The notes under the pieces are model-generated. The model searched no databases and was not told where the DNA came from. It worked only from the letters and a program-made list of their open reading frames with translations. A stretch of DNA of 63,864 bases, counting the filler, from Octopus bimaculoides (lineage: Eukaryota): assembly GCF_001194135.2 (NCBI RefSeq). It is 11 parts of 11 records of this genome, joined end to end, with 100 filler letters (N's around TTAATTAATTAA, not from the genome) between each part and the next. Parts side by side here need not be neighbours in the genome. Positions count along the whole stretch, not along the records: positions 24,436 to 26,690 come from NC_068994.1; positions 26,791 to 47,407 come from NC_068985.1; 9 more parts are not named here. The stretch is one strand, 5' to 3'. Made by a program: the position numbers and the translations under genes. Shown piece after piece: positions 24,905 to 39,092 of this stretch. Within the stretch, counting starts at the first letter, position 1, and each line of letters opens with the position of its first letter.

Positions 24905-26814
24905 CAACAACAACAACAACAACAACAACGCCAACAATAATAATATTAATCATGGAAATTTCCAGGAAAACGAAGAGGGTAAAAGACGTGTGGAAAGATA
25001 ATGGGTCTTTTGCTTATACAAAGATACTTTTCTGGTATACTGTTGGGTCTATTTATTGCGCATATTTNNNNNNNNNNNNNNNNNNNNNNNNNNNNNNNNN
25101 NNNNNNNNNNNNNNNNNNNNNNNNNNNNNNNNNNNNNNNNNNNNNNNNNNNNNNNNNNNNNNNNNNNNNNNNNNNNNNNNNNNNNNNNNNNNNNNNNNNN
25201 NNNNNNNNNNNNNNNNNNNNNNNNNNNNNNNNNNNNNNNNNNNNNNNNNNNNNNNNNNNNNNNNNNNNNNNNNNNNNNNNNNNNNNNNNNNNNNNNNNNN
25301 NNNNNNNNNNNNNNNNNNNNNNNNNNNNNNNNNNNNNNNNNNNNNNNNNNNNNNNNNNNNNNNNNNNNNNNNNNNNNNNNNNNNNNNNNNNNNNNNNNNN
25401 NNNNNNNNNNNNNNNNNNNNNNNNNNNNNNNNNNNNNNNNNNNNNNNNNNNNNNNNNNNNNNNNNNNNNNNNNNNNNNNNNNNNNNNNNNNNNNNNNNNN
25501 NNNNNNNNNNNNNNNNNNNNNNNNNNNNNNNNNNNNNNNNNNNNNNNNNNNNNNNNNNNNNNNNNNNNNNNNNNNNNNNNNNNNNNNNNNNNNNNNNNNN
25601 NNNNNNNNNNNNNNNNNNNNNNNNNNNNNNNNNNNNNNNNNNNNNNNNNNNNNNNNNNNNNNNNNNNNNNNNNNNNNNNNNNNNNNNNNNNNNNNNNNNN
25701 NNNNNNNNNNNNNNNNNNNNNNNNNNNNNNNNNNNNNNNNNNNNNNNNNNNNNNNNNNNNNNNNNNNNNNNTGAGAAATAAAGTTGAAATGTTTCACAAA
25801 TGCTAATATGTACGTTTTTTTTTTAATGCATTTATGTGTACATATAATACACGTATATGAACATATGCACTTAAATATATGTGATTTCTTTTTGATAGTA
25901 GTTTCAGGGAATATCATGACCAACAGCATGCTCGGTGGCAAGATTGTGAAGGTAATGAAAAGCCGTAAAAAAAGAAAGTATCTCTTGTTATTTTCATCGT
26001 CAGAGCATTTACTCGCTTGGAAAATTTTTACTGTCGCAGATATTGTGATCGTCTGCAGCAGAAAATTTGTGGAGTTACATTCTTTCTTTGTGAATCTTAG
26101 TTTAGTCATACTTTGAGCTAAAAATGATTGGTATTAAGTTGATAGTGTACTTTAGATATTGTTAAAATATATATATTAGCGACAGAGGCAGTATTAATAC
26201 CAAGACGTAGTATTTAAATCTACTTAAACGTGGATGTTCCTTTAGAACAATCTATACTGCGGTAGACACTATAAGAGAAACTCTCATATTGGATTTTTCT
26301 TTTCTAACTTGGAGCGAAATGTAAATTTTATAAATTTTGAAGCCTATTACGTCACCTGATGAAGGTCCTTTGCACTGCGAAATGCATCACATCTTTCCCC
26401 ACCCACAAGGGATCAGTGCAGAAGGCAGTCAAAACAATCGTTGTGATTAATAAAGCTTCTAGTTACACTCCCTCTACCGTATCAATCATTTAGAATATAC
26501 TCAAAGTGCACCTACGAATTCCTTTCGTACACTCAGCGACGAAAGCGCAGTACCGCTGGTAGCCATAAGTGGTGAACGTGTTCTGCAGGAACACTACCTG
26601 AGACTTTCCCGAAACAAGGTTTGGATACTGCATTTTAATGTCTTCTATTTGAACTCTGATTTTAATTTAAAATTTAACTATATATATATANNNNNNNNNN
26701 NNNNNNNNNNNNNNNNNNNNNNNNNNNNNNNNNNTTAATTAATTAANNNNNNNNNNNNNNNNNNNNNNNNNNNNNNNNNNNNNNNNNNNNTATATATATA
26801 TATATGGATGTGTG

Positions 26815-26865
<51 letters not shown>

Positions 26866-29800
26866 GTGATACAGACAGGTTCTTGCTACTCTTAGGTGTA
26901 GTTGCAGGCAAACAGGATCTGGCAAGTTCTGGCTGTAAAATTGATGGAGTTAAGAGATTTATATATAGCAATATAAATATAGTTTTCTAGTCAAAGGATA
27001 TGATGATGAGAAAACAGTAATATAAATGGTGAGAAAAGGAGGGGGAAGCAGGAGAGAAGAAAAGAACGGAAAAACAAGGAAAGGGAAAATGTAACAGAAT
27101 GAAAATTGAAGAAATAAACGAGGGGTAAATATAAAAAATGATTTTTAAAATTGGGGGGGGGGAGAAACGAATGGGAAAGAAGGGGAAGGAAACGAAGAGG
27201 AGTATAAAAGGAAAGACAATTGGAGAATAGAAAAAAGTAAGGAAAGAAATGTTAAAGAATACATGATGATTGAGAGGAGATTTAGTAAAGTATTAAATAT
27301 TACTGCAAAAACATGATTGAAATGAAAGGAAATCTTAACAACTGGGGTGGTCATTTGAAGGAATGGTCAATATTGCAGACAGAGTAAAGTTAAAATGTTA
27401 GAAAGTAAAATAAAGTACGATAATAATGAAGAAAACTTGAGAAGAAAGCAGAAAAGAAAATGGAAAGCAATGTTGGTGAAGAGATCAATAACATTGTTAG
27501 AAAAAAAAAGGAGAAAATGTTGAAATATCGGGAAGTTTGAATGGAAAACGTTGGTTACAAAAATTATTGGAATAAAAGGATTTTTTTTTAATATGAACTG
27601 AAGAAGATGCAAAAGATAACGTGGTACATGAGAATGGAAATGTATTGAAATAATTAATGAAAATTATAAATTCCATGACAAAAGAATACGAGAAATGCCG
27701 GATGAAACAAGAGAAACAAGCGGCAAGAGAAAAGAATTAGGGAATAAAAATTGATATGAAACAAAATTTGGGTAAACACTAAGTTAAGTAAGTAAATTAA
27801 GAACGAGGAAGATGAGTGGAAATAAAGGAGAGGTGGATATTATATATTAGGGTGCAGTATTAAGATAATTGCAAAGAGGCTATACTCTTCCACAATAACC
27901 AACCAATTAGTTAAATGCATTACTAGTGCTTTACCAGTCTTTGCACTGCTGAACTTTTCCAAAAGGCGGCCTCATATTACAATGTTGTATTACAATGTTC
28001 CAATCTTATGAATGGTATAATCTGTATTGTATCAAAGGTAAATATGTCAAAAGTTCGTAGACAGAGTAACATGTCATGACATAATCCTTCCTGCAGCATT
28101 AATGTACATACAAATATAGCTAGAAAATAGTTTAAACTCATATCTACAAACGTTCCACATTCACATATCACTTGATCTTATGAGAAGGTTGATTTCTCTT
28201 CCTCTTTCTTTTGAATGTTGTTGCATTCTTCAGAACAGAAATATATAGCAAAACTATTGCTGTTCAAATTAGAGTATGCCGGATTCGACGTTCTTCTATT
28301 CTTTCTTATTTATGATCGAAGTAGGTTGCCCATTGTTCTAATAAAAACATTGGTCATATAGACGAAGTAAGTGAGAGAATGACAATGGGTAATTATGGAC
28401 TCTATTCATCTTCATGAAGTCAATAATTGGTTGTCTCACCCCTTACGCAAGACTTGTCTGAGACTAGTTATTCAATTGTGTCCTTACACTTTTTGAGTTC
28501 AAATACTTCCGAAGACATCTTTGCCTTTTATATTTCTGGAGTGAATGGAATAAAGTACGTGACAATTACTGATGCCAATATATCGATTATATTCTTCCTA
28601 CAAAATGTGTGACCTTGCACATACAGCAGAAATCAATATTTATTGTCTTTGAAGGCAATATCAATTTTCTAATTTTCGCAGTGCATATTTCCCAAATTAA
28701 ATTTGATATTAAGCATACAAAGCTAACTGCATTTCTTTGTCTGCTTGAGTTCCAGCTGAAATTAGTTCACGAAAGTAACATACACACAATTCGGTGGAAG
28801 AGAGCAACATTGTATAAATGAAGAATGAATTGCTTATACCATCCAAATCAATCTTAGTCTAGAATTCTAAATATTGCCAAGAATGGGGTTAATTTTATCG
28901 GAATTAAATGTAACGTTATAGATAATAAGCTTAACGATATAAATTATATCACCGAGGTTGATACTCTAAGTAGTTTTATTCGAATAAAAGCTAACAGTAA
29001 TAGTGAAAAGTTTATGAGAATCATACATAGATGATTAAGAGAACTATTTCTGAAACTCACACGACATTCTCACAATGAAAAGCAAAGAGCTGATCGGGGT
29101 GTGTAATTTATTTATATTGAATCAGTTATTTATACAACAGCTGTAAATTAGGAGAACCTTCAGAGCATTAGATAAAATGCCTTGAGCAAATTAATTACGA
29201 GCATTCATGTTCTGAATTAAGATACCATCGAATTTGACTTCCTGTTGTCTTTCAAGGGTCAATATATATGAGCACCCCTAAGATACAGCTTCTCCCAAAA
29301 GCAATGTGGTCGACCACATTTGGATGGATACCCACTTCTCAGAAAATTGACGATTGCAGACCTATGATCACAACCGACATGAATATTAGTCACCATAGAA
29401 AAAACAGGGTTTCTAATTCTTTATGGTATGTTGACTCGTTTTCTACACATTTCGAATAAACTGATTGGAATTATACACATTATACTCTATAGAATACATG
29501 CATTATAACGACAGTTCCATTCGTGCGTTGTATATTGAAGTACATGAACTTGGAAACCATGTTTATTGTCTACCAGAAAACGTTATGCTTTCTAAGAAGT
29601 TATACAGAAAAATGTTTTAAATTTGCATATTTGAATATCTACGTATTTTTCGTGAAATTAAGGTCGCAATCTGACAATTCACGGCGTGAATAAGATGATT
29701 TGATTTTGATATTCATATTTTAGTCATGCTCGTATTTCAAGATGTGTTCCAACGTGACAATATTCTTAATATTCTATAAATGTTATCCTTTAATTAGAAC

Positions 29801-32696
29801 GTCTAAGCTTAGAAATACACCAAAATAATCAGGGGAAACATTTTTTGCCTGTGGTACTGCTTCACAATATTCATCTTCACTTAATATTTATAAAATCTTC
29901 ATTTTACCCTATTTAATTGCCACGATTATAAATTATACTCCAAATCACTTGTATCTTAATATTCCATTAGATGTAACACTTATTACAGATGAAAATAAAT
30001 GAAATTTATATCTTACCGCTTTCATTTGATATGTCATATTATTTAAGTTGCTTTGTTATAGAAAACCTGAGCAAAGATCCTATTTCGCTTATTAAAATAT
30101 TGCATCGACACAATGATTTCATAGAAATGCCGCTTAATGTGTAAATACTACTGTCTTATAATAATAAATATGAAATAGATATAGTGAGTTGATTTTCCCC
30201 GCGTAGAACGGAATAATATGTGTTAGGGCGCGTTGTATTGACATTGAGAACGATGCGACATTATAGAATGAATTAATGCATGATATTAAATTTATTAACA
30301 TTTCATTTATAAGTAATGGATGGAATTTTTTCCCACGAAAGTTTAAAGAATAATGAAATAAAACACTCTAAATAAAGTATTATCTGATTCAAGTTTGAGT
30401 GAATTTCCATCTCAGAACATAACACAAATAGGACCGCAGTTTAAAAAAAAATAAGTGAACGGAGAAACTCGTGATATCTTACAAGATTAGAGAAGAATCA
30501 TATAGAAATTTATTTACATTCCGGAGTGAATGGTTTATTATTATATTCATTATATGTAAATATATTTAGTTTTCTTCAAAAGGAAATATCTACCGCTAAA
30601 CAGGAAGTAAACCTCACATTACACCTCAGTAACAAGAATAAACAAAATGAAATATTGAACAATGGAGTAGGAATTTTGGTGCAAGTACTGATGTATACAT
30701 TGTATACATTGTTCTACATTATCTGTGAATATATTTTTCATACTCTACTGATGAGAAGAAAGATCATGTCACCTTTTGTTATCATCATTTGATAACAAAC
30801 AGTTCAGTTTCTAAAAATACCTCAACTGGAAGTCTTGAGTTGATCAAATCTAGAGTGAGTGATTCTTTTTGTAAAATGAAATAACTCAACAGAGACCAAN
30901 NNNNNNNNNATATATTGTATAGTGTTATATAAATATAAACTCAGCAACGAACACTTGGCGCTTGGTGCAGAAACAAATGTTGTATTTTACAATTATACCC
31001 TACTATAGGACAAGGGGTGGTAGACAAATGACGATATAACTTTGTCTTTAAGCTCCCAAATATATTTAGTTAATCCGGTAGAGCTAATCTTATTTCTATC
31101 TCTGAAACGTGGAGGTTCGCGGCTAATCTTCGCTTCATTTCGTTTTGGGTAGCCCCTTTATTATTTTGGGTAGCCCTCTATTACTTATCCATGCTATCCC
31201 ACCTCCCATGCAAAGGATTAATCCACTAATTATTACTTTTGGTTTTGTCATTTACTTAACGTCCCAAAGAGATACACAAGTAAAATGGAATGATTGCAGC
31301 CATATTCAACCTGCCCCTTTTTTTTCTTTATGCTCTTCTTCTTTATATATACTTGTGATGAAGATCCATGTTTCAGAGATGTTTTATTACCAAATATGAT
31401 AAACATTTTTAGCATATCAATGGCAATACCTTACAACATTGGAAACAGAAACAGCTGTTAGATAGGATGCAGTCTATTTCTATTGAGTAAATAAATAATA
31501 ATTCATGTAAGTCAATTGTTGTTCATCAATATTTCTCCATTTCCTCTAAAATGTGATTCTTGATAAACCGATGTTTATCCTTGTCTTCGCCTATAATTTA
31601 TGAGCATAATATGCTTGCATATGTATGCCATCGTTAAACATAAATAACATGCCCGTAGTGTAATGGATACTCCTATCTCTTAGAGGATTATTTTAATGTC
31701 TAAATCAACTAACCTTATACATGCATACATACATATATATATATNNNNNNNNNNNNNNNNNNNNNNNNNNNNNNNNNNNNNNNNNNNNNNNNNNNNNNNN
31801 NNNNNNNNNNNNNNNNNNNNNNNNNNNNNNNNNNNNNNNNNNNNNNNNNNNNNNNNNNNNNNNNNNNNNNNNNNNNNNNNNNNNNNNNNNNNNNNNNNNN
31901 NNNNNNNNNNNNNNNNNNNNNNNNNNNNNNNNNNNNNNNNNNNNNNNNNNNNNNNNNNNNNNNNNNNNNNNNNNNNNNNNNNNNNNNNNNNNNNNNNNNN
32001 NNNNNNNNNNNNNNNNNNNNNNNNNNNNNNNNNNNNNNNNNNNNNNNNNNNNNNNNNNNNNNNNNNNNNNNNNNNNNNNNNNNNNNNNNNNNNNNNNNNN
32101 NNNNNNNNNNNNNNNNNNNNNNNNNNNNNNNNNNNNNNNNNNNNNNNNNNNNNNNNNNNNTGTGTGTGTGTGTGTGTGTTACATGCATAGATATATAAAT
32201 ATGCATAAGTATATGGGCATATACATAAACACACACATACACATACATAATAGTTCACTGTTTAATAGGCGGAATCATCATTGTAAAATACGTGCAAGAT
32301 TTTTCATGTTCCAGATTTTCATCGGCACGTACACCAATAATTCACTTGTACAACCTTGTATATGAGGAAATTCATTATAAAGACAATATACTGCGAGTTC
32401 GAAGCCTATTATGAGATATCGGTAGATTATATCTCTAATACGGAACAGTAAATAAATTCTTTTCATATGGAGCTTTTGTTTAAGCATTTCCTGTTTTGAT
32501 TTCTCTGTTTACGCTTTATAACCTAATATAGCCGATCAATTATTCTGAAAATAATACTAGTGTTGTTACTGATTTTGTAAAATTTCAAATATGTTTTTTA
32601 TAAGCATTTTTAAAAATATTCTATGTTATATTCAAGTTATTTAGGATGCCGTTTAGCAATTGACTATTCCAATCATTAGTTTCAAACTAAATACAC

Positions 32697-32730
<34 letters not shown>

Positions 32731-33201
32731 NNNNNNNNNNNNNNNNNNNNNNNNNNNNNNNNNNNNNNNNNNNNNNNNNNNNNNNNNNNNNNNNNNNNNN
32801 NNNNNNNNNNNNNNNNNNNNNNNNNNNNNNNNNNNNNNNNNNNNNNNNNNNNNNNNNNNNNNNNNNNNNNNNNNNNNNNNNNNNNNNNNNNNNNNNNNNN
32901 NNNNNNNNNNNNNNNNNNNNNNNNNNNNNNNNNNNNNNNNNNNNNNNNNNNNNNNNNNNNNNNNNNNNNNNNNNNNNNNNNNNNNNNNNNNNNNNNNNNN
33001 NNNNNNNNNNNNNNNNNNNNNNNNNNNNNNNNNNNNNNNNNNNNNNNNNNNNNNNNNNNNNNNNNNNNNNNNNNNNNNNNNNNNNNNNNNNNNNNNNNNN
33101 NNNNNNNNNNNNNNNNNNNNNNNNNNNNNNNNNNNNNNNNNNNNNNNNNNNNNNNNNNNNNNNNNNNNNNNNNNNNNNNNNNNNNNNNNNNNNNNNNNNN
33201 N

Positions 33202-33246
<45 letters not shown>

Positions 33247-33259
33247 GAGAGAGAGAAAT

Positions 33260-33291
<32 letters not shown>

Positions 33292-34816
33292 CGAGAGAGA
33301 TTAGAATTATTGCTTTATCTACATCACTGAAGGTAATACTTTTTTCCCTGCCAAATTGACGTTTACCGGTTTATTTTTAGTATTTAATTATCAGTCTAAT
33401 ATTTTATTGTGGAAAATCAAAGATCAATTTTTAGAAAATTAATGGTTTATTAAAGTAGTGTAGAGTGGAATATACATCACTTTATTATTATATTTTTTCA
33501 TCTCTAGGCGTTTTCATTTCATGAATTGATGTCAAATGGTGCAACTTTCCTTGAGGCTTTTAATCTAGTATATATACCACTGTACATTAACTCTGTCCGG
33601 TACGTATTATATATATTATAATTGTCGAATATCAAAATTACGTGTCTGAGTGAACATTACGTTTTACGTTTTTAAAGTAAATACAAACATAAACATATCT
33701 CATCGTATATTAGCGGTTTCTGTATCCTAAATTTCACTTATAAAATAGCAGTCAATCAATTAGGGCGTTCGGTAAAAGACTCTTAAATAAGTGAAACAAA
33801 ATAACCACAACTAATTCACATGGTTTTGAAGGAATCTTGTAAACCAGGACCCCATGCTTTCGTGGATGTTTCAATTTACGCATGTTTTATTAACTATGAT
33901 GTTACTCTAGAAAGAGTTTCGAGTGTTATTACGTAAGATTCTTAATATTGTATTCAATATAGCTAATTTTGCGATTATAATAACTTCATATATCAGATTA
34001 ATGTATTACGAAAATGGAATAAACATGTTAATACAAATAATGTCGAAATCCAATTCAACACACTCTGAAATTTGAAACTACACAGTTTTGCCGAAAATTA
34101 GTCTTGAGAAAATTTTTCTGAGTTTTCAAAAGAAACATAAATCTTAATAATAGGTTTATACTACAGTATAGCAAATATTTTTTCAAGATGAATGTATGTT
34201 TAATGTTTGTGCACTTGTATGAGGGTGTTCTGAGTTTTCGAAAGGGCGTTAAGAAAAGACAACTAACAACATGTACTACACCGGTATCGCATTCTATTTA
34301 AGGAATATTATTTATATTACAATAATTCCTGGGAGATTATTATCTATGGTTTTCTTTACATACGCAAAATAAAATAAAATAAAATTCCTTTGATATTATA
34401 ACGAGCACATTTGATAATGTCGTAAATCCTCAGCTACATCTAATTAAAATGCAAGAATTACGATGTCAATTATGCGAATGAACATTGGAGGAAAGAAGGC
34501 TTGAGGCCAAACAAATGAAACAGTAACAATAGTGGCCAGAACCTCCTGGAAAATAACCATAGCGAGGGACATTCTACAGTTGAATTAGAACAGTCACAAA
34601 CAGTGATAGGCGTGAAGAAGACAAAGATTAAGTGGCCGAAAACAAATGACGCAGCGAGTTATAAAAACTTCGACAACGAGGTATCAAGAACGACCACCAA
34701 AAAATAACATCATTAGGTGAGACAGGCTGACACTGAAGTGGCATCACTGATTGACAGGTGACGGTTTCGGTTAGAGCATGCGTGGGCTAAGATTACGCGC
34801 CCTCCATTATCAGTTA

Positions 34817-34993
34817 AAGTTTAGACAGTGTCACGTGACAACTTACTGGGGCTGCTTGCTGGAGCCTAGCAGCGGGAAGTTTAGACAGTGTCATGTGACA
34901 ACTTGCTGGGGCTGCATACTGGACCCTAGCAGCGGGAAATTTAGACAGTGTCACGTGACAACTTGCTGTGGCAGCCTGCTGGAGCCTAGCAGC
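34817..34993. repeat. 60-bp tandem repeat x3 with palindrome TGTCACGTGACA
   Basis: Units start at 34817, 34877, 34937; exact 60-bp period. Confidence 0.95.
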
Positions 34994-35999
34994 ACGTATA
35001 GAAAAGGGGAATTTGACAAGACAGTCAGTCAGACGCTGATACTCGTTGATGCTGCATCGAAGAGGCCAGGGAATAGAAGAAAGAAGACATGCACCCAACA
35101 TCAGGTTTGAAGACACCTCCGAAAGTGGGGCCTCGCCACGTCAAAACGGTAGAGGAGTAGGGGCCGAAACCAGACGTGGTTCCTCCTGATGATGTCTTGA
35201 GCTAACTGGATCCTATAAAGGAGCTGTTGTAGTAGCAGACCACGAAACATGGTTGAAATTCCTGTGCAAACTTCGCCTGATTTAAGTATATACGTATATT
35301 GTAAGACTGATTGACTTCTTAATATAGGTATCAGTAAATAGTCAAATGACCAACATGCTGACAACCTTCAGATAACAAGCACGAGCGATAAAGCATTTAG
35401 ATACTCGATCAATGCAAGAAATCATAGCTAAATTTCCCTTTAACACTAGGATATCCTCTTCAAACATTCGTAAGTATAAAAAACGCACAAATGTAAACTC
35501 ATGCCAGAACAATTATCAAAGAAAAAATGACGGAGTTGAAATAAAAACCTACAACGGCTTCATAATACTCACGACATTATAATCCAATAAGAATACTCCA
35601 AATAGTGCAAAAAGTTACATAACTGATGAACCGACATTGGCAGTAAGACCCTTGTTGATTTGCTCCCACAACTTCACATGTTCGTATAAAATACAACCCC
35701 AAAATACGGAAAGCCTTGCAAAGAACAGAGAACATACCATTGTCTTGCAATAAAATCAATTATGTTATTAAGACTATGAAACAGCATTTCATTCTTTTGT
35801 TCCCAATATATTTCGAAAAATAGCACCAAAATATATAATTATACCCCGGGGATAGATAGAGCGAATCATTCAGAAAACATGCTTGTAATATACGTGTTTA
35901 TGTGCGTGATTGTTGGTGTGGATGAGATGCATCTGTTTGTGTGTGTTCTATACAGTTACACATATGTATACATATTTATATTTAAAAAAAATACCGAAT

Positions 36000-36280
36000 G
36001 AGATAAAAATCCAAGGCTGTGAAAGATTTCAGAACATTTATAAAGGGAAGGTCTTACAGCTGTTTCCGGGATATTTTATATATCGCTTCACTGGAGACGG
36101 TGTGAGAAAATGGTTAAGCAATAGTTATTCTAGAGAAGATATGAAATAGATAGGAAAGTGGAGGAATGAAAACAGAAGTGAGATATGCAGAGATACTGTA
36201 TCTATAAAATATCCCGGAAACATCTGTAAGACATCTTTATACATGTTCTGAAATCTTTCACAGCCTTGGATGTGTATCTC
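36000..36280. repeat. Inverted repeat (~80-bp arms, 122-nt spacer), Penelope pseudo-LTR-like
   Basis: 36000-36080 is the reverse complement of 36203-36280; contains GGAAACAGCTGTAAGAC. Confidence 0.9.
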
Positions 36281-36650
36281 TTTCTGTTAAATTTTATATA
36301 TCGGCATGCTAATATATGACCTATGTTGAACTCCTCGTTCGCAAAATCAACGAACCTGGAGGATAACTATAGTCTGTCCAAAGCACTTACTCAGCATTAC
36401 CTGAAGTTTTTGGGTCTTCTTGACACCATTACCTCTCATAAACTATACATATTGATATGTATACATACATACACATATGTGTATGTACGAGTGCATGTGT
36501 GTACTTATATATGCATTCATGTATATATATATATATGCATATATATATATATATATATATANNNNNNNNNNNNNNNNNNNNNNNNNNNNNNNNNNNNNNN
36601 NNNNNNNNNNNNNNNNNNNNNNNNNNNNNNNNNNNNNNNNNNNNNNNNNN

Positions 36651-36699
<49 letters not shown>

Positions 36700-38299
36700 A
36701 TATATAAGTGTATAAAATACACTCAATACTATCTGGCCTTAAACCACCTCTCATAACAAGGAAGCTAATGAAATGTAATTCTAACTAAGCTGCTTTTCTA
36801 TTCATTGTACATCCTATATAATACATACAAAAACACATTTCTCAGAGAACAGATTCTACTCCTCCTACCACTCTGATACAGGCACTTGGGCATCTATTCC
36901 TTTTCACTCGAAAGCCACCTACTAATAGAATATTAATGCAAAAGCGTTTCAATAAATACAGAAAACATTCTTCAATAACCTCAATGGAATTAGTTCAAGG
37001 GTTGTTTATAGAAGTGGTTTAACCAAGAAAAACACGGTTTTTAATATTTTAGCAAGTAGAAAATCAGAAATATTTAAAAGTAAGTAGATTCGTTCCGCAA
37101 AATAATTACAGATACAAAACCCCTCATGACACTGGACAATATACAAATACAAAAACAATCAATAACCAGAAATAGCCGACATCATAAAACGAATGAAAAT
37201 CTTAAATACAATGTTAAAAAGAAACACGCAATATAAATAAATTCACCTTCACACAGCTGAACAAGTAATAAGAAAATAAATATTAAGCACTGAAAAATGA
37301 GAAACAGTGCTAAAACTTGTATGTAACACGAAACGAAATTAATAGTGAAACTGATTGTAGGGAAATTAACATCGATCCAAACATCACGTACACGCCATGT
37401 CAGAGGAAGTAATTATGCTCCACCCACACAGCCACCGCAACTAAACGAACTTTTGGAAAATTTCACGAAAACCCGCCAGCAGGTAGCAATACAAATAAGG
37501 CAGGGACACAAATGGAATTACATGCACGTTACACTGGCATCACGAATTTGATCCCTTATTTTAAGCAGAACTTCATAAAGCAATCGAGAGATGTATAATA
37601 CATAAAAGTCACAACCCCGCCTAAATGGATTTTATTATCAGAGAGAGAGAGACAGAGGAAGAGAGAAAGAGAGAAAGAGAGAGAGAGAGAGAGAAAGAGT
37701 GAGGGAAAGAGAGTGAGAGAGACACAGAGACAGATAGACAGAGAGGAGAAAGAGAGGGACTCGTTACGCAGCCCATCTACTACATAAAATATGTGATTGC
37801 AAAGATTTAAGTAATTCTTGTTGTATAACAAAAGAAAAAATAACCAGCTCCAACACCCAACAATACCCAAGTAAAGATGAACATACAGGCGCATAAATAT
37901 ACAGTGCACATACAAATATTTCGGAAGGGTTACTTAATGACCTCACTTACTAAAACTTTTGTTTCTCCAAATGACAAAATATAATTTGCAATATTTACAA
38001 TTCTATTCCATGAAGTACAAGTTGGCTTTCACAATAAAAAAAAAAAAACATATGTAAAACACCAACTACAATCAGCATCAGGAAAGCTTCGAATCTATTC
38101 ACGGTGATTCTCTCATACAAATCTAATCAAGACTACCTTTAGAAGCAGTAAAATATGATGACTAGCAATGTATTAGTGTGATCGCCAAGATTAAAACTGC
38201 ATGATAACAAGATAGAAAATTCTATAAATTCACGAACGGATTACCACACTAATCCCTCGTTTCGACGGGTTTTTCAGCATAAGTACTCTTTTGCTCTTT

Positions 38300-38626
38300 T
38301 TACTCTTTTACTTGTCTCAGTCACTTGATTGCGGCCATGCTGGAACAAATCTACCCCAGGATATATTCTTTGTAAGCCGAGTACTTACTATATCGACCTC
38401 TGTTGCCGAAACACTAAGTTACGGGGACCGAAACACACCAACATCATTTCTCAAGCGATGGCAGGGTGGGTCAAACACAGACGCACAAACATATACATAG
38501 ATATATATGTGTGTGTGTGTGTGTGTATAGTAAAAGACAGTGGGCCAAGGTGCCACGCACTGGGACTGTACCTGGAACCGTGTGGTTGAGGAGCAAACTA
38601 CTTACCACACAGCCACTTCTACAGCT
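38300..38626 (-). mobile_element. OR2-type SINE, internally deleted
   Basis: Matches both ends of 62122-62524. Confidence 0.75.
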
Positions 38627-39014
38627 ATATAAATTTTAAGAGATCCATTTGCTGAATATTTATTACACCATATCCCAATTCTCCAGATACAACTGAACTA
38701 TGATTGCGGTACTATATGAATCACTCAGACAATTGGTTCCTCAGAAAGATACTAAAAGCAGCACCTTCGAATTGCTCTCCCCACTTCCTACCAGTAATAT
38801 AAAAAAACATCTAAGATAACCAACCCTTAAAATTATGAGCAGCATAAGTATGCTGCATATACACAGTAAGAAAAGGTATTACAAATTGTATCTAACTCCT
38901 CTACAAGATTTAAAATTCATTCAGAATAAGAATAGCATAGGGATGTGCACACTCTAAGCACTCACAGCGCTCGTATTCAAATAGCATTAACAATCAGCAA
39001 TGATATTGAATCAT

Positions 39015-39092
39015 AAGGCGGCGAGCTGGCAGAAACGCTAGCACGCCGGGCGAAATGAAAAGCGGTATTACGTCTGTCTACGTTCTGAGGTC
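39015..39092 (+). mobile_element. 5' fragment of AAGGCGGCGAGC-family SINE
   Basis: AAGGCGGCGAGCTGGCAGAAACGCTAGCACGCCGGGCGAAATG. Confidence 0.75.

Noticed and set aside
27977-28171. Signal-peptide-like ORF MSLNYFLAIFVCTLMLQEGLC
   Set aside because: Short, with no promoter, splice or homology support; hydrophobic ORFs arise by chance in T-rich strands.
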